Assembly: GCA_050946455.1 (NCBI GenBank)
Contig: JBMNUV010000006.1
Span: 23,504-87,503, forward strand
Direction: 5' to 3'
DNA from: Prevotella sp.
GTDB lineage: Bacteria; Bacteroidota; Bacteroidia; Bacteroidales; Bacteroidaceae
Length of the DNA stretch: 64,000 nucleotides
Program-made: the position numbers and the translations under genes
Part shown: piece by piece, positions 46,236 through 55,360 of the stretch
Numbering within the stretch: the first letter of the stretch is position 1
How the letters are laid out: the number at the start of each line of letters is the position of its first letter
The notes under the pieces: model-generated
The model's input: the letters and a program-made list of their open reading frames with translations, nothing else
Told to the model about the DNA's origin: nothing
Databases searched by the model: none

Positions 46236-47897
46236 CTACGCTTCAATAGCCCTTATCCGCTCGTCAAACTGTTTGGCGCCGCCCTTCTCTCCAAAGATTT
46301 TTTGCAGTAGATGGGCACGCAGATTGCTAATCACTTGCGGCGTGGTCAAAAGCAGCACGGCAATCTCTGATGGGATAAAACGCAAACGGATAAGCTCGCA
46401 TACAGCCTGCTCGCGCTGCGTGAGTCCATTGCGGGCATTGATTGTTGGGAGAAAATGAGGCAGTCGCTCATCAAAGAGAACATTGAGCTGTTGCCAATAG
46501 GAATCATCTACGCGCTGTCCTTTCGCTGCAAGGGAATGGAAACGGAACACGAGTTCAGAATTGAGTAGTTCTTGGTCGTCCTTCCAACCTTTGGGACTGA
46601 CGGCGTCCTCTTGATATTCTGCAATGCGCCGTTGCAATTCTTCCACCTCTTGCTCTTTGGCAGCCAATAGTGTACGCTGGGCGTCACCACGGCTTCGCAA
46701 CTGGTCAAGTTCTTCGTTGACATCGCGATAATGTTGCAAGTCGGCATTATAGCGGCTGTTGAGTTGTTCCAGTTCTTTCTTCAAACGTTTATTGCGATGC
46801 TTCTGCCAATAGATAAACACGAGGAACACCACCACAAGCACAGCCACACCCACGGCAATCCTGCCGATGAGACTCCGTGTCTGACTCTGCCGCCATTCTC
46901 GGTCAATATCGTTTTGTGCCATGGTGAGCTGGACGGGATTGAGCGACTGGCGCCACTCGTATTGTCTAACGAGTTCTTTAAAATAGAAATTGGCACGTTG
47001 GTTATTCTTTGCCCTATTGAAATACTCCACCAATTGCTTCAAGGCGTGCACGCGAGTCTCAAACTCGTCTGCCTCTATTGCCTGAAAATAATAGGAAACC
47101 GCACCTTCGAAGTTACCTCTGCTCCACTCCACGTCGCCAATTATCCGTGCCGCACGATAAACCAGTCCCGTCTCAGCCACCTTCTTGGCATAGCTCATTG
47201 ACTTGGCGGTGTCGCCACGCTGATAATAGTATTCTGCCAATGCGCTGAGCGCCTGAGCCTTCATATCACGTGATGAGATAAGGGGAATGCTGCGCTGAAT
47301 GTAGAGGTAGTAACGGGCAGTGTCGCCCATTCGCCCATAGGCGCGTCCCAACTGCATCATCGTTTCGGCATAGCGTTCCTGCCCACCGATTTTCTGAGCT
47401 ACTTGGAGCGCCGATTTCCAATGTTCTATCGATAGTTCGTTGCATCCCCACTCGCCATTGGCTTGTCCCAATGCCACGTGTACCTTATATAATAGGTATA
47501 GGTCATCTTGTTCTGTGGCAAGTCTTTCCGCCTGTTTCAAGAGTTTCATTCCTTTCATAGCTCCCACATGTCCTTTGCCCTGCAGATACACGGCTTGGGC
47601 ATAGTGCTTTCTGTCGCCGTGTCGCTCAAAGTAGTCAGCGCTTGCCACGATGGCGGAATCGCTGACGGTATTGAGATTCTCCTTGTCAAGTGCTTCCTGA
47701 TAGAGCAGCGTATAAAGCGCACTATCAGCGGCAGTGAACAACAAACCGGTTGCGTCGAGCGAGTCGAGCACTACAAAGGCACGATAGGGTTGCGACTCAA
47801 CGTAGCGCTCCACTTCCAACAAAGATGGAGAAGCCTGCGGAGTTCTTTGACATCCGCAGACAATAATAAGAGAGAGTATGAATAGGAATTTCTTCAT
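46236..47897 (-). CDS. TPR-repeat lipoprotein-like sensor with TM helix and C-terminal LuxR-type HTH
   Basis: IIVCGC N-terminus, helical TPR-like repeats, TM GRIAVGVAVLVVVFLVFIYW, LTQREQAVCELIRLRFIPSEIAVLL. Confidence 0.7.
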   Translation of the reverse strand: MKKFLFILSLIIVCGCQRTPQASPSLLEVERYVESQPYRAFVVLDSLDATGLLFTAADSALYTLLYQEALDKENLNTVSDSAIVASADYFERHGDRKHYAQAVYLQGKGHVGAMKGMKLLKQAERLATEQDDLYLLYKVHVALGQANGEWGCNELSIEHWKSALQVAQKIGGQERYAETMMQLGRAYGRMGDTARYYLYIQRSIPLISSRDMKAQALSALAEYYYQRGDTAKSMSYAKKVAETGLVYRAARIIGDVEWSRGNFEGAVSYYFQAIEADEFETRVHALKQLVEYFNRAKNNQRANFYFKELVRQYEWRQSLNPVQLTMAQNDIDREWRQSQTRSLIGRIAVGVAVLVVVFLVFIYWQKHRNKRLKKELEQLNSRYNADLQHYRDVNEELDQLRSRGDAQRTLLAAKEQEVEELQRRIAEYQEDAVSPKGWKDDQELLNSELVFRFHSLAAKGQRVDDSYWQQLNVLFDERLPHFLPTINARNGLTQREQAVCELIRLRFIPSEIAVLLLTTPQVISNLRAHLLQKIFGEKGGAKQFDERIRAIEA

Positions 47898-47992
47898 ATA
47901 AAGTTATCATTCACAAAGGTTTCTCCAAAGTGGCTACGTGCGTTACGCTACGAGCCGCTTTGGATTGCCAATTCAACGGCGAGATACCGCCA

Positions 47993-48403
47993 TTATTTCA
48001 CTCTGAATTCAATGGGGAGCACGAAGGAGGTGTCCACATTCTTACCATGACTCTTGCCGGGAATCCACTTAGGCATTTGCTTCACCACCCGCACGGCTTC
48101 TGCATCAAGAAGAGGATGAACCGACTTGAAAGGTGCCACATCGGTGACAGAGCCATCCTTTCGCACGATGAACTGTACATACACTTTCCCTTGGATACCT
48201 TTCTTCTTGGCTTCCTTGGGGTATTGGAGATGTTCATACAAAAACGACATCATGCCATCCTGTCCCCCTTTAAACTGCGGAAGCACTTCAGGGTTGTCAT
48301 AGACAGAATCGTTTGTGGCGGTGGTTGTGAGGGTTGAGGCATTTGCCTGTCCAAAGACCAACATCGCCAGAGAAATAATGAGGAATAATACTTTTTTATT
48401 CAT
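47993..48403 (-). CDS. TonB C-terminal domain protein (energy transducer TonB family)
   Basis: PQFKGG, LQYPKEA, IQGKVYVQFIV..DGSV, LDAEAVRVVK.MPKW.PG, LPIEF. Confidence 0.85.
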   Translation of the reverse strand: MNKKVLFLIISLAMLVFGQANASTLTTTATNDSVYDNPEVLPQFKGGQDGMMSFLYEHLQYPKEAKKKGIQGKVYVQFIVRKDGSVTDVAPFKSVHPLLDAEAVRVVKQMPKWIPGKSHGKNVDTSFVLPIEFRVK

Positions 48404-48516
48404 AGTTGTTTCGTTTTAAATAATTTGTAATGGTCGACCGACGATGCAAAAGTAAGCAAAAAGCCAACAGACAACAAACTTTTCATTACACAAAGTTTCA
48501 CAAGGCAAAAAAAGTT

Positions 48517-48672
48517 GAGTTAGGAATTAGGAGATAGGAGTTATTTCGAGTTAGGAGTTAGGAAATAGGAGATAGGAGTTGCTGCGCCCCTAATTATGCA
48601 TTATGCATTGTGCATTATGCATTATAAAAGCGCGCAGCCAATTATGCATTATGCATTGTGCATTATGCATTA
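48517..48672. repeat. Modular heptamer-array element
   Basis: (GGAGTTA/GGAGATA)n-GCTGCGCCCC-(CATTATG)n-GCGCGCAGCC-(CATTATG)n. Confidence 0.85.
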
Positions 48673-48859
48673 CAACGCCTTCAAGGTAAAATAAATTAAA
48701 CAATTGAGTAACTTTTTGCGAATTTATTTGTTGAAAACAATATTTTTATTAATTTTGCAATCACAACCCCTAAAGAGCGACGTTTTTGCGAAACGTCGGA
48801 ATTACAAACTGCCTTGTAAACCTCAAACTTAAACAGACACTAAAAAAAACAAATAAGCA

Positions 48860-50275
48860 ATGGTAGAGACTATTCAAAGGAAATTGAGCGACTCCGCAGC
48901 ATGGCGGTGGACAGCTCTCGTGCTATTGGCTACGGCCATGTTTTTTGGTTACATCTTCGTTGACATCCTTTCACCGCTGAAAGACCTTCTTCAAATTCAG
49001 CGCGGATGGGACTCCAACGCTTTCGGTCATTATGCCGGTTCTGAGCCCTTCCTCAACGTGTTCGTGTTCTTCCTCATCTTCGCAGGTATCATCCTCGACA
49101 AGATGGGCGTGCGCTTCACGGCTATCCTCTCAGGTACGGTGATGGTGATTGGTGCCAGCATCAACTGGTTTGCCGTGACTGACTCCTTCGAAACCAGTAG
49201 TTTAAAGACTTTCATGGACGGTATTCTCAACCTTCCCCCCGCGTGGTGGAATATCACACCGTGGTATGAGGGAATGCCCGCCTCAGCCAAGTTGGCAGCC
49301 ATCGGTTTCATGATTTTCGGTTGCGGTACTGAAATGGCAGGTATTACCGTGAGCCGCGGTATCGTGAAATGGTTCACAGGTCACGAAATGGCATTGGCAA
49401 TGGGTGTGGAGATGGCTATCGCCCGTGTGGGTGTGGCTGTGGTGATGATTGGCGCTCCTGTCGTTGCCCACATTACTCCCGTCAGCGTTTCCCGTCCTGT
49501 TGCATTCTCGTTGGCTCTGCTCTGCATCGGATTGATGTGCTTCATCACCTACGGTTTCATGGATAAGAAACTCGAAGCACAAGGTGCAACCGAACAGAAA
49601 GACGACCCCTTCAAGGTAAAGGATATCGGCAAGATTCTGTCGCTGAAGATGTTCTGGATTGTAGCTTTGCTTTGCGTGCTCTACTATTCCGCTATCTTCC
49701 CCTTCCAGAAGTACGCTATCAACATGCTGCAGTGCGACCTCGGCTTCACTGCTGAGCAAGCCGGACTGGTATTCTTCGTATTCCCATTGGGAGCTGCAGC
49801 CATCACCCCGTTCCTTGGCAACTATCTCGACCATAAGGGTAAGGGTGCATCCATGATGATTCTCGGTGCCATCCTGATGATTGTCTGCCACCTGACGTTC
49901 GCCTTCATTGTGCCCGCCACCCAGTCGGTCATCATCACCTATCTTGCCATCATCCTCTTGGGTATCTCCTTCTCACTGGTTCCCGCAGCCATGTGGCCTT
50001 CAGTTCCGAAACTCATCGACAACAAACTCCTCGGAAGTGCCTACGCTCTGATATTCTGGATTCAGAACATCGGTCTCTATGCCTTCCCAATGATTATCGG
50101 TAGTGTGCTGACGGCTTGCAACCCTGGTGTCACAGACCCGACCAAGCTCGACTACACCGTGCCCATGTGCCTCTTCGCAAGCCTCGGCGCTGTAGCTTTC
50201 ATCCTCGGCATCTATCTGAAGATACTCGACAAGAAGGGTGGCTACGGACTGGAAGAACCGAACATCAAATCATAA
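48860..50275 (+). CDS. MFS transporter
   Basis: About 12 hydrophobic segments; GIILDKMGVR, SLVPAAMWPSVPK. Confidence 0.9.
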   Translation: MVETIQRKLSDSAAWRWTALVLLATAMFFGYIFVDILSPLKDLLQIQRGWDSNAFGHYAGSEPFLNVFVFFLIFAGIILDKMGVRFTAILSGTVMVIGASINWFAVTDSFETSSLKTFMDGILNLPPAWWNITPWYEGMPASAKLAAIGFMIFGCGTEMAGITVSRGIVKWFTGHEMALAMGVEMAIARVGVAVVMIGAPVVAHITPVSVSRPVAFSLALLCIGLMCFITYGFMDKKLEAQGATEQKDDPFKVKDIGKILSLKMFWIVALLCVLYYSAIFPFQKYAINMLQCDLGFTAEQAGLVFFVFPLGAAAITPFLGNYLDHKGKGASMMILGAILMIVCHLTFAFIVPATQSVIITYLAIILLGISFSLVPAAMWPSVPKLIDNKLLGSAYALIFWIQNIGLYAFPMIIGSVLTACNPGVTDPTKLDYTVPMCLFASLGAVAFILGIYLKILDKKGGYGLEEPNIKS

Positions 50276-50304
50276 TGCATAATGCACAATGCATAATGCA
50301 TAAT
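50271..50304. repeat. Heptamer array (CATAATG)n starting at the MFS stop
   Basis: cataatgcataatgcacaatgcataatgcataatt. Confidence 0.8.
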
Positions 50305-50446
50305 TACTGCAGGATGCTTGAAGCATAATAAAGATGCAGACAATTCTTATTGCCTTCACAATTAATATTCAATAATTCAAGGAGGCCACGCGTTCCATGA
50401 TGAATGGGTGCGGGGTCTCCTTTTGCTATTTATAAATTCTCTATCA

Positions 50447-51817
50447 ATGACAGCAAAGACAAAACGGTGGACGGTGCTGCTTGCCGTCTCACTGGTCATG
50501 ATGATGGGCTATGTGTTCTGGGATATCGTGTCGCCTGTCTCTACCCAACTCAAGGCACCGCTCTCAGAAGGAGGAATGGCATGGACTGCGGCTGAATACG
50601 GATTCTACGCGGGCAGCTACAGCATCTTCAACATCTTTTTCCTCATGCTGTTCTTCGGCGGCATCATCCTCGACCGCTGCGGCATCCGCATCACGGGACT
50701 TCTCGCCACAGGTTCCATGCTCTTAGGCGCTGCTGTCAACGCGTGGGCTATCACCCACATCAGTCCCACAACGATGGTCGACATGCCTTTCACTCTTTTC
50801 GGCATCATACCCGAGCAGTTGAAGACTCAAGTGTTGGTCGCCGCCTTGGGATTTGGTTTTTTCGGAATGGGCTGCGACATCACGGGTATCACCGTCTCGA
50901 AGATTGTCACCAAATGGTTCAAAGGTAAGGAACTTGCCTCCGCCATGGGCGTGCAGGTAGCATTGGCGCGGTTGGGCACAGCCTCAGCATTGAGCCTCAG
51001 TCCACTGCTTGCCCAGACATGGGGACTCCCCTCGCCCATCATCGCCGGCACGCTGTTGCTGTTAGTGGGATTCGTTATCTTCGTGGGCTATTGTTTTGCA
51101 GACAAACACTTTGACGAGCACGAGCCGGAAGTGTTTGAGGAGAAGGCAACCAACGACGAGCCTTTCCGTTGGCACGACTTCACGGCTTTGCTGCGCAATC
51201 CCAGTTTCTGGCTTATCGCTTTGCTCTGCGTGAGCTATTACAGCAGCATCCGACCGTTTATGAAATTCGCCACCGACCTCTTGGTAAACAAATACCACGC
51301 CGACGCGCTCACCGCGGGTTGGCTCGTGAGCATCATTCCCTACGGAAGCATTGTGCTCACTCCCCTATTCGGCATGCTCTACGACCGTATCGGACGTGGC
51401 GTCTCACTGATGCTCATTGGCTCAGCCATGCTCACAGCCGTACACGTTTGCTTCGCACTGCCGATTGCATGGAGCGGGACCGCCGCCATTGTACTGATGG
51501 TGATATTGGGAATCGCGTTCTCGTTAGTACCAAGCGCGTTGTGGCCTTCTGTGCCGAAGATAGTTCCTCTGAAACAACTCGGCACAGCCTACAGCATCAT
51601 CTATTATATACAGAATATCGGACTGATGCTCGTGCCCATGATTGTGGGCGGTGTGCTGAAAGACGATACGACTGCCGGTGTGCCCGTCTTCACACGCACC
51701 ATGTGGATATTCGCCGCCTTCGGATTGGCTGCAGTTGTGTTCGCCATCGTCATGCTCATCGCTGAACGCAAGAACCACTATGGTCTGGAGGAAGCAAACA
51801 TAAATCCTAATGCATAA
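50447..51817 (+). CDS. MFS transporter (tandem paralogue)
   Basis: GIILDRCGIR, GCDITGITVSKIVTKWF, SLVPSALWPSVPK; collinear with the upstream MFS. Start ATG 50447. Confidence 0.9.
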   Translation: MTAKTKRWTVLLAVSLVMMMGYVFWDIVSPVSTQLKAPLSEGGMAWTAAEYGFYAGSYSIFNIFFLMLFFGGIILDRCGIRITGLLATGSMLLGAAVNAWAITHISPTTMVDMPFTLFGIIPEQLKTQVLVAALGFGFFGMGCDITGITVSKIVTKWFKGKELASAMGVQVALARLGTASALSLSPLLAQTWGLPSPIIAGTLLLLVGFVIFVGYCFADKHFDEHEPEVFEEKATNDEPFRWHDFTALLRNPSFWLIALLCVSYYSSIRPFMKFATDLLVNKYHADALTAGWLVSIIPYGSIVLTPLFGMLYDRIGRGVSLMLIGSAMLTAVHVCFALPIAWSGTAAIVLMVILGIAFSLVPSALWPSVPKIVPLKQLGTAYSIIYYIQNIGLMLVPMIVGGVLKDDTTAGVPVFTRTMWIFAAFGLAAVVFAIVMLIAERKNHYGLEEANINPNA

Positions 51818-51975
51818 TGCACAATGAATAATTCATAATGCACAATGCATAATTAAACTATCGTATGTTTGGTGAAGTCAGAATGAGTTAGGAGATAGGA
51901 GTTGTGTCGCCGAACACGAGGGCGAAGCCAACTATGCATTATGCATTATGCATTATGCATTGTGCATTATGCATT
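51808..51975. repeat. Two inverted heptamer arrays around a GGAGATAGGAGTT-GCCGAACACG module, between convergent genes
   Basis: (TAATGCA)n...GAGTTAGGAGATAGGAGTTGTGTCGCCGAACACG...(CATTATG)n; the GCCGAACACG module also occurs near 25774. Confidence 0.8.
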
Positions 51976-51982
51976 ATTAGTG

Positions 51983-52693
51983 CTATAGCTTCAGTTTCTC
52001 CACCGTCATTCCATTCACACAACGGTTGAGGTCCACCCGTGTGGGAATACCGTTTATCATCCCGCGCTCGGTGAACTGCCAAATATTCACTTTTCCCTTT
52101 CCACGAATCCGTGGGCAACCTTTGCTATACTTAGCCAAGAAAAGATAATAGCGGTTGAAAGTCGGGGCTAAGCATTCATTATAATATTTGTATTGGGAAT
52201 AGATAACCGGCGACTTACCGTAGTAGTCGGTCATGAGTTGGATGATTTTCTTCAGATTGCGACGCACTTCCTTCTGACTCCAATGGCGCATCGCCTCTCG
52301 CTCCACGTCAATGACGGGGCGCAAGTCCTGCTGACTTTTTTTCGCCACGCGCTTGAAAGCATCAAACTGAGCCTGAACCGATGAGGAAGAGGAGAAATAG
52401 AGATAGGCACCACAGAGAATGCCATGCCTGCGCGCATGGGTGTTGTTATATTTGTAGCGGTCGTCAACAATGGTAGCTCCCTGCGTGGCCTTGATATACA
52501 CAAACCTCACATCGCCGCTCCGTGCCACGCGCTTCCAGTCGATTCGTCCTTGATAATGAGACACGTCGATGCCCTGAAACCAAGAAGAGGGTTTCTTTTG
52601 TTTCTTCTTGGTTTTTGCCATGCCCACGAGCGAGCCTCCCAAAAGAGCCACGACGAGGCAACAGACAACTATGAGGATAGGGTTACGCTTCAT
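51983..52693 (-). CDS. GH25 muramidase (lysozyme), exported
   Basis: GIDVSHYQG.IDW, FVYIKATQG, GAYLYF, PVIDVE, WQFT..G.I.GI...VDLN. Confidence 0.9.
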   Translation of the reverse strand: MKRNPILIVVCCLVVALLGGSLVGMAKTKKKQKKPSSWFQGIDVSHYQGRIDWKRVARSGDVRFVYIKATQGATIVDDRYKYNNTHARRHGILCGAYLYFSSSSSVQAQFDAFKRVAKKSQQDLRPVIDVEREAMRHWSQKEVRRNLKKIIQLMTDYYGKSPVIYSQYKYYNECLAPTFNRYYLFLAKYSKGCPRIRGKGKVNIWQFTERGMINGIPTRVDLNRCVNGMTVEKLKL

Positions 52694-53808
52694 TCTTCAG
52701 CAATTACTTTCATTTCTAACTTATTAGCACGCTGCTGCATGGCGGGCGAGAGTTTTCCCTTGAGATACAGTTCAAAAAGTACCGAAGCCATCGGCGCAGC
52801 CAAATCGGCTCCGAAGCCACCGTGCTCTACATATACAGCGATGGCAATCTTGGGATTGTCCATCGGGGCAAAACCAATAAACACTGAATGGTCCTCGCCG
52901 GGGTTCTCCACCGTACCCGTCTTGCCGCAAACCGTGAAAAAATGCGAGTTAGCAGCCGTGCACGTTCCGCGCAACACTGCCTGTCGCATACCTTTTATCA
53001 CGGGTCCATAGGCATCGGGAACGACCTTGGTCCAGTGCCGCTCATGATATGCCGAAGATACTTCGCGGTGGATATGGGGCGTATAGAACCACCCCCGATT
53101 GGCAATCGTTACAGCTAAATTGGCAAGTTGGACGGGCGTAGTGGTGATGTCGCCCTGTCCCATGCCCACCCACATGATGGTACGGGCATTCCAGCCGTTC
53201 GGATAGCGGCGGGACAGATAGCCCTCATTGGGCAACAAACCGCCCTTCTCGCCGAAAATGTCAATCCCCAAGGGACCGCCCAATCCCATGCTCTGCATGT
53301 AGTCGTGCCATTCGCTGATTGCCTCATTTTTGTCTTCAAAGAGAAAACGGTCGTTGAGCATTGCCATGAACTGAGAGAGAAACCATGTATTGCACGACAC
53401 GGCGAGTGCCGATACCAGTCTCAACGGAGTGGGATGACGGTGACATCCCACGCGGATGTTACCGTCACGGAAACTGCCATAGCAAGCCACTTTGGTATTC
53501 TCGTCAATCAGCCCCATGGAGAGGAGCGTCAAGGCGTTGGCTGTCTTGATAGTAGAACCAGGGGCGTAGGCTGTGGCGATAGCCAAGTCGTTGTTCTCCC
53601 CTTCTGGCGAATTAGTAACCAAGCAGAGGATTTTTCCCGTTGAAGGTTCTATAGCGACAATACTGCCAGTCTTGTTTTCAAGCAGGCGATGACCCATCTT
53701 CTGCAAAAGCGAAATGACCGTTAGGTCATCGCCTTCAGGAAGTTGTGCCCTTGCTGTGTTGATGCCCGCCAACAACAAAACGAGCAGTGATATTATCTTT
53801 CTCATCAT
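52690..53808 (-). CDS. Transpeptidase-only penicillin-binding protein (MrdA paralogue lacking the anchor/pedestal domain)
   Basis: Signal peptide then GSIVAIEPSTG; catalytic STIK, SCN, KTGT; collinear with residues ~240-600 of MrdA in this window. Confidence 0.85.
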   Translation of the reverse strand: MMRKIISLLVLLLAGINTARAQLPEGDDLTVISLLQKMGHRLLENKTGSIVAIEPSTGKILCLVTNSPEGENNDLAIATAYAPGSTIKTANALTLLSMGLIDENTKVACYGSFRDGNIRVGCHRHPTPLRLVSALAVSCNTWFLSQFMAMLNDRFLFEDKNEAISEWHDYMQSMGLGGPLGIDIFGEKGGLLPNEGYLSRRYPNGWNARTIMWVGMGQGDITTTPVQLANLAVTIANRGWFYTPHIHREVSSAYHERHWTKVVPDAYGPVIKGMRQAVLRGTCTAANSHFFTVCGKTGTVENPGEDHSVFIGFAPMDNPKIAIAVYVEHGGFGADLAAPMASVLFELYLKGKLSPAMQQRANKLEMKVIAEE

Positions 53809-54044
53809 CTATTTTCCACTAACAAATTGAATCTGTCCGCGTGCAAAGATACAACATTCTTTCGAAGTGGACAAACGAAAGCGATTTCAAACGTATAAAG
53901 TTGCTTTGTTGAATGCAACCGACAAGAGAAGTATGAATGAATAAGTAGAGAAAGAAAGAACTTCCATCACGAGATTTCGATGGAGTCGTAGGTTATCCTC
54001 AGTATAAAATCCGCACGAATCCACATCAGAATCTGTCTACTCTC

Positions 54045-54136
54045 GATTGTGCGACAATTGCCGACAAACTCGTTGACAATTGCCGACAAACTCGTTGACA
54101 ATTGCCGACAAACTCATTAACAATTGTCGCTCAATC
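54045..54136. repeat. 92-bp TIR element with 22-nt internal units (same family as 39355-39448)
   Basis: GATTGTGCGACAATTG / CAATTGTCGCTCAATC ends; GACAATTGCCGACAAACTCGTT x3-4. Confidence 0.8.
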
Positions 54137-54166
54137 AAGACAAGGCTGTCACTTTATTATATACTG

Positions 54167-54337
54167 AACTTTCGCAAGTTTGCAACTTGCTTATTTCTAA
54201 GGAGTTAAAAGGAGTCAAAGGAGTCAAAAGGAGTCAAAGACAATAGTGCTGAAGGGTATCAGAATCCTTCTATAGTAATGTCTTTAACTCCTTTGACTCC
54301 TTTTAACTCCTTTGACTCCTCCATAAATGCGAAAGTT
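54167..54337. repeat. ~170-bp hairpin element (MITE-like), copy 2
   Basis: AACTTTCGCA...TGCGAAAGTT ends; same core and right arm as 34609-34777. Confidence 0.8.
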
Positions 54338-54546
54338 GAGTAAAGTACAAACGATACTCAACAGAAAATCAGCACAATGTAGGTGATTCTTTGATGATTT
54401 TTTACTAAATTTGCAGCTATGAAAGGAGGACGATAATAATAAAGTAAGCATTTTGACTTATACTGCGCAAAGATGTAATAGCTCAAGAAAACAGCTAATT
54501 TTCTTTTTTTTCATCAAAGAAGTAGTAATGTTTCATTTGAATTTAC

Positions 54547-54554
54547 TAACTTTG
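54547..54554 (+). promoter_or_regulatory. -7 box (TAACTTTG) upstream of the purH-like gene
   Basis: TAnnTTTG match about 100 nt before ATG 54657. Confidence 0.55.
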
Positions 54555-54656
54555 CACCAAACTTGTAGGCAAGCCTGACACAAAGGCGTGAAACAACCGC
54601 CAAGGGCTTCCTTTATATAATATTGAAGCGATTAATTTTAGCACCAACATATATAT

Positions 54657-55250
54657 ATGGCTGAAACGAAAAAAATGAAGACCGCGCTCATCTCGGTCTA
54701 TCATAAAGATGGATTGGAGGATATACTTTCCAAACTCACTGAACAGGGTGTGAAGTTGCTAAGTACAGGAGGCACACAGAAATTTATTGAATCTCTGGGC
54801 TATGACTGCGAAAAAGTGGAAGACATCACAACCTACCCCTCTATATTAGGTGGGCGCGTAAAAACCCTGCATCCGAAGATATTCGGAGGAATTTTGGCTC
54901 GCCGCGACAACGAAGGCGACCTTGAACAGATGAAAAAATATGATATCCCGGCTATTGACTTGGTTATCGTAGACCTCTATCCTTTCGAGCAGACCGTGGC
55001 AAGCGGTGCCAGCGACGAAGAGATTATTGAAAAGATTGATATTGGCGGTATCTCGCTTATCCGCGCCGGAGCCAAAAACTTCAAGGACGTGGTGATTGTA
55101 CCCAGCAAGAGAGAATATCCCGTGCTTTTGGAAATCCTCAACAAGAAAGGCGCACAAACCGATATTGAGGACCGTAAACTGTTGGCTGAACGCGCTTTCG
55201 GTGTGAGTAGCCACTACGATACTGCCATCCATAACTGGTTTGCCAAATAA
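54657..55250 (+). CDS. purH: IMP cyclohydrolase (N-terminal PurH domain only)
   Basis: ALISVYHKDGL, STGGT, GGRVKTLHPKIFGGILARR, IDIGGISLIRAGAKNF; ends at YDTAI with no AICAR transformylase half. Confidence 0.85.
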   Translation: MAETKKMKTALISVYHKDGLEDILSKLTEQGVKLLSTGGTQKFIESLGYDCEKVEDITTYPSILGGRVKTLHPKIFGGILARRDNEGDLEQMKKYDIPAIDLVIVDLYPFEQTVASGASDEEIIEKIDIGGISLIRAGAKNFKDVVIVPSKREYPVLLEILNKKGAQTDIEDRKLLAERAFGVSSHYDTAIHNWFAK

Positions 55251-55360
55251 ACAGAATCCTTATTGGCTCCAATTCAAAGTAATAAATCAACAATTAGTGT
55301 TTTTCAGTCGGAAGAACATCCTTTCTTAGGTATCTTTCCGGATTATTTCAAAAAATCAAA

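Noticed and set aside
51983-52693. Prophage endolysin
   Set aside because: Has a signal peptide, is coupled to a PBP, and has no holin, structural or integrase genes nearby.
54657-55250. Truncated purH pseudogene
   Set aside because: Clean ORF ending at the domain boundary with no remnant of the second domain; split PurH is, as I recall, usual in Prevotellaceae.
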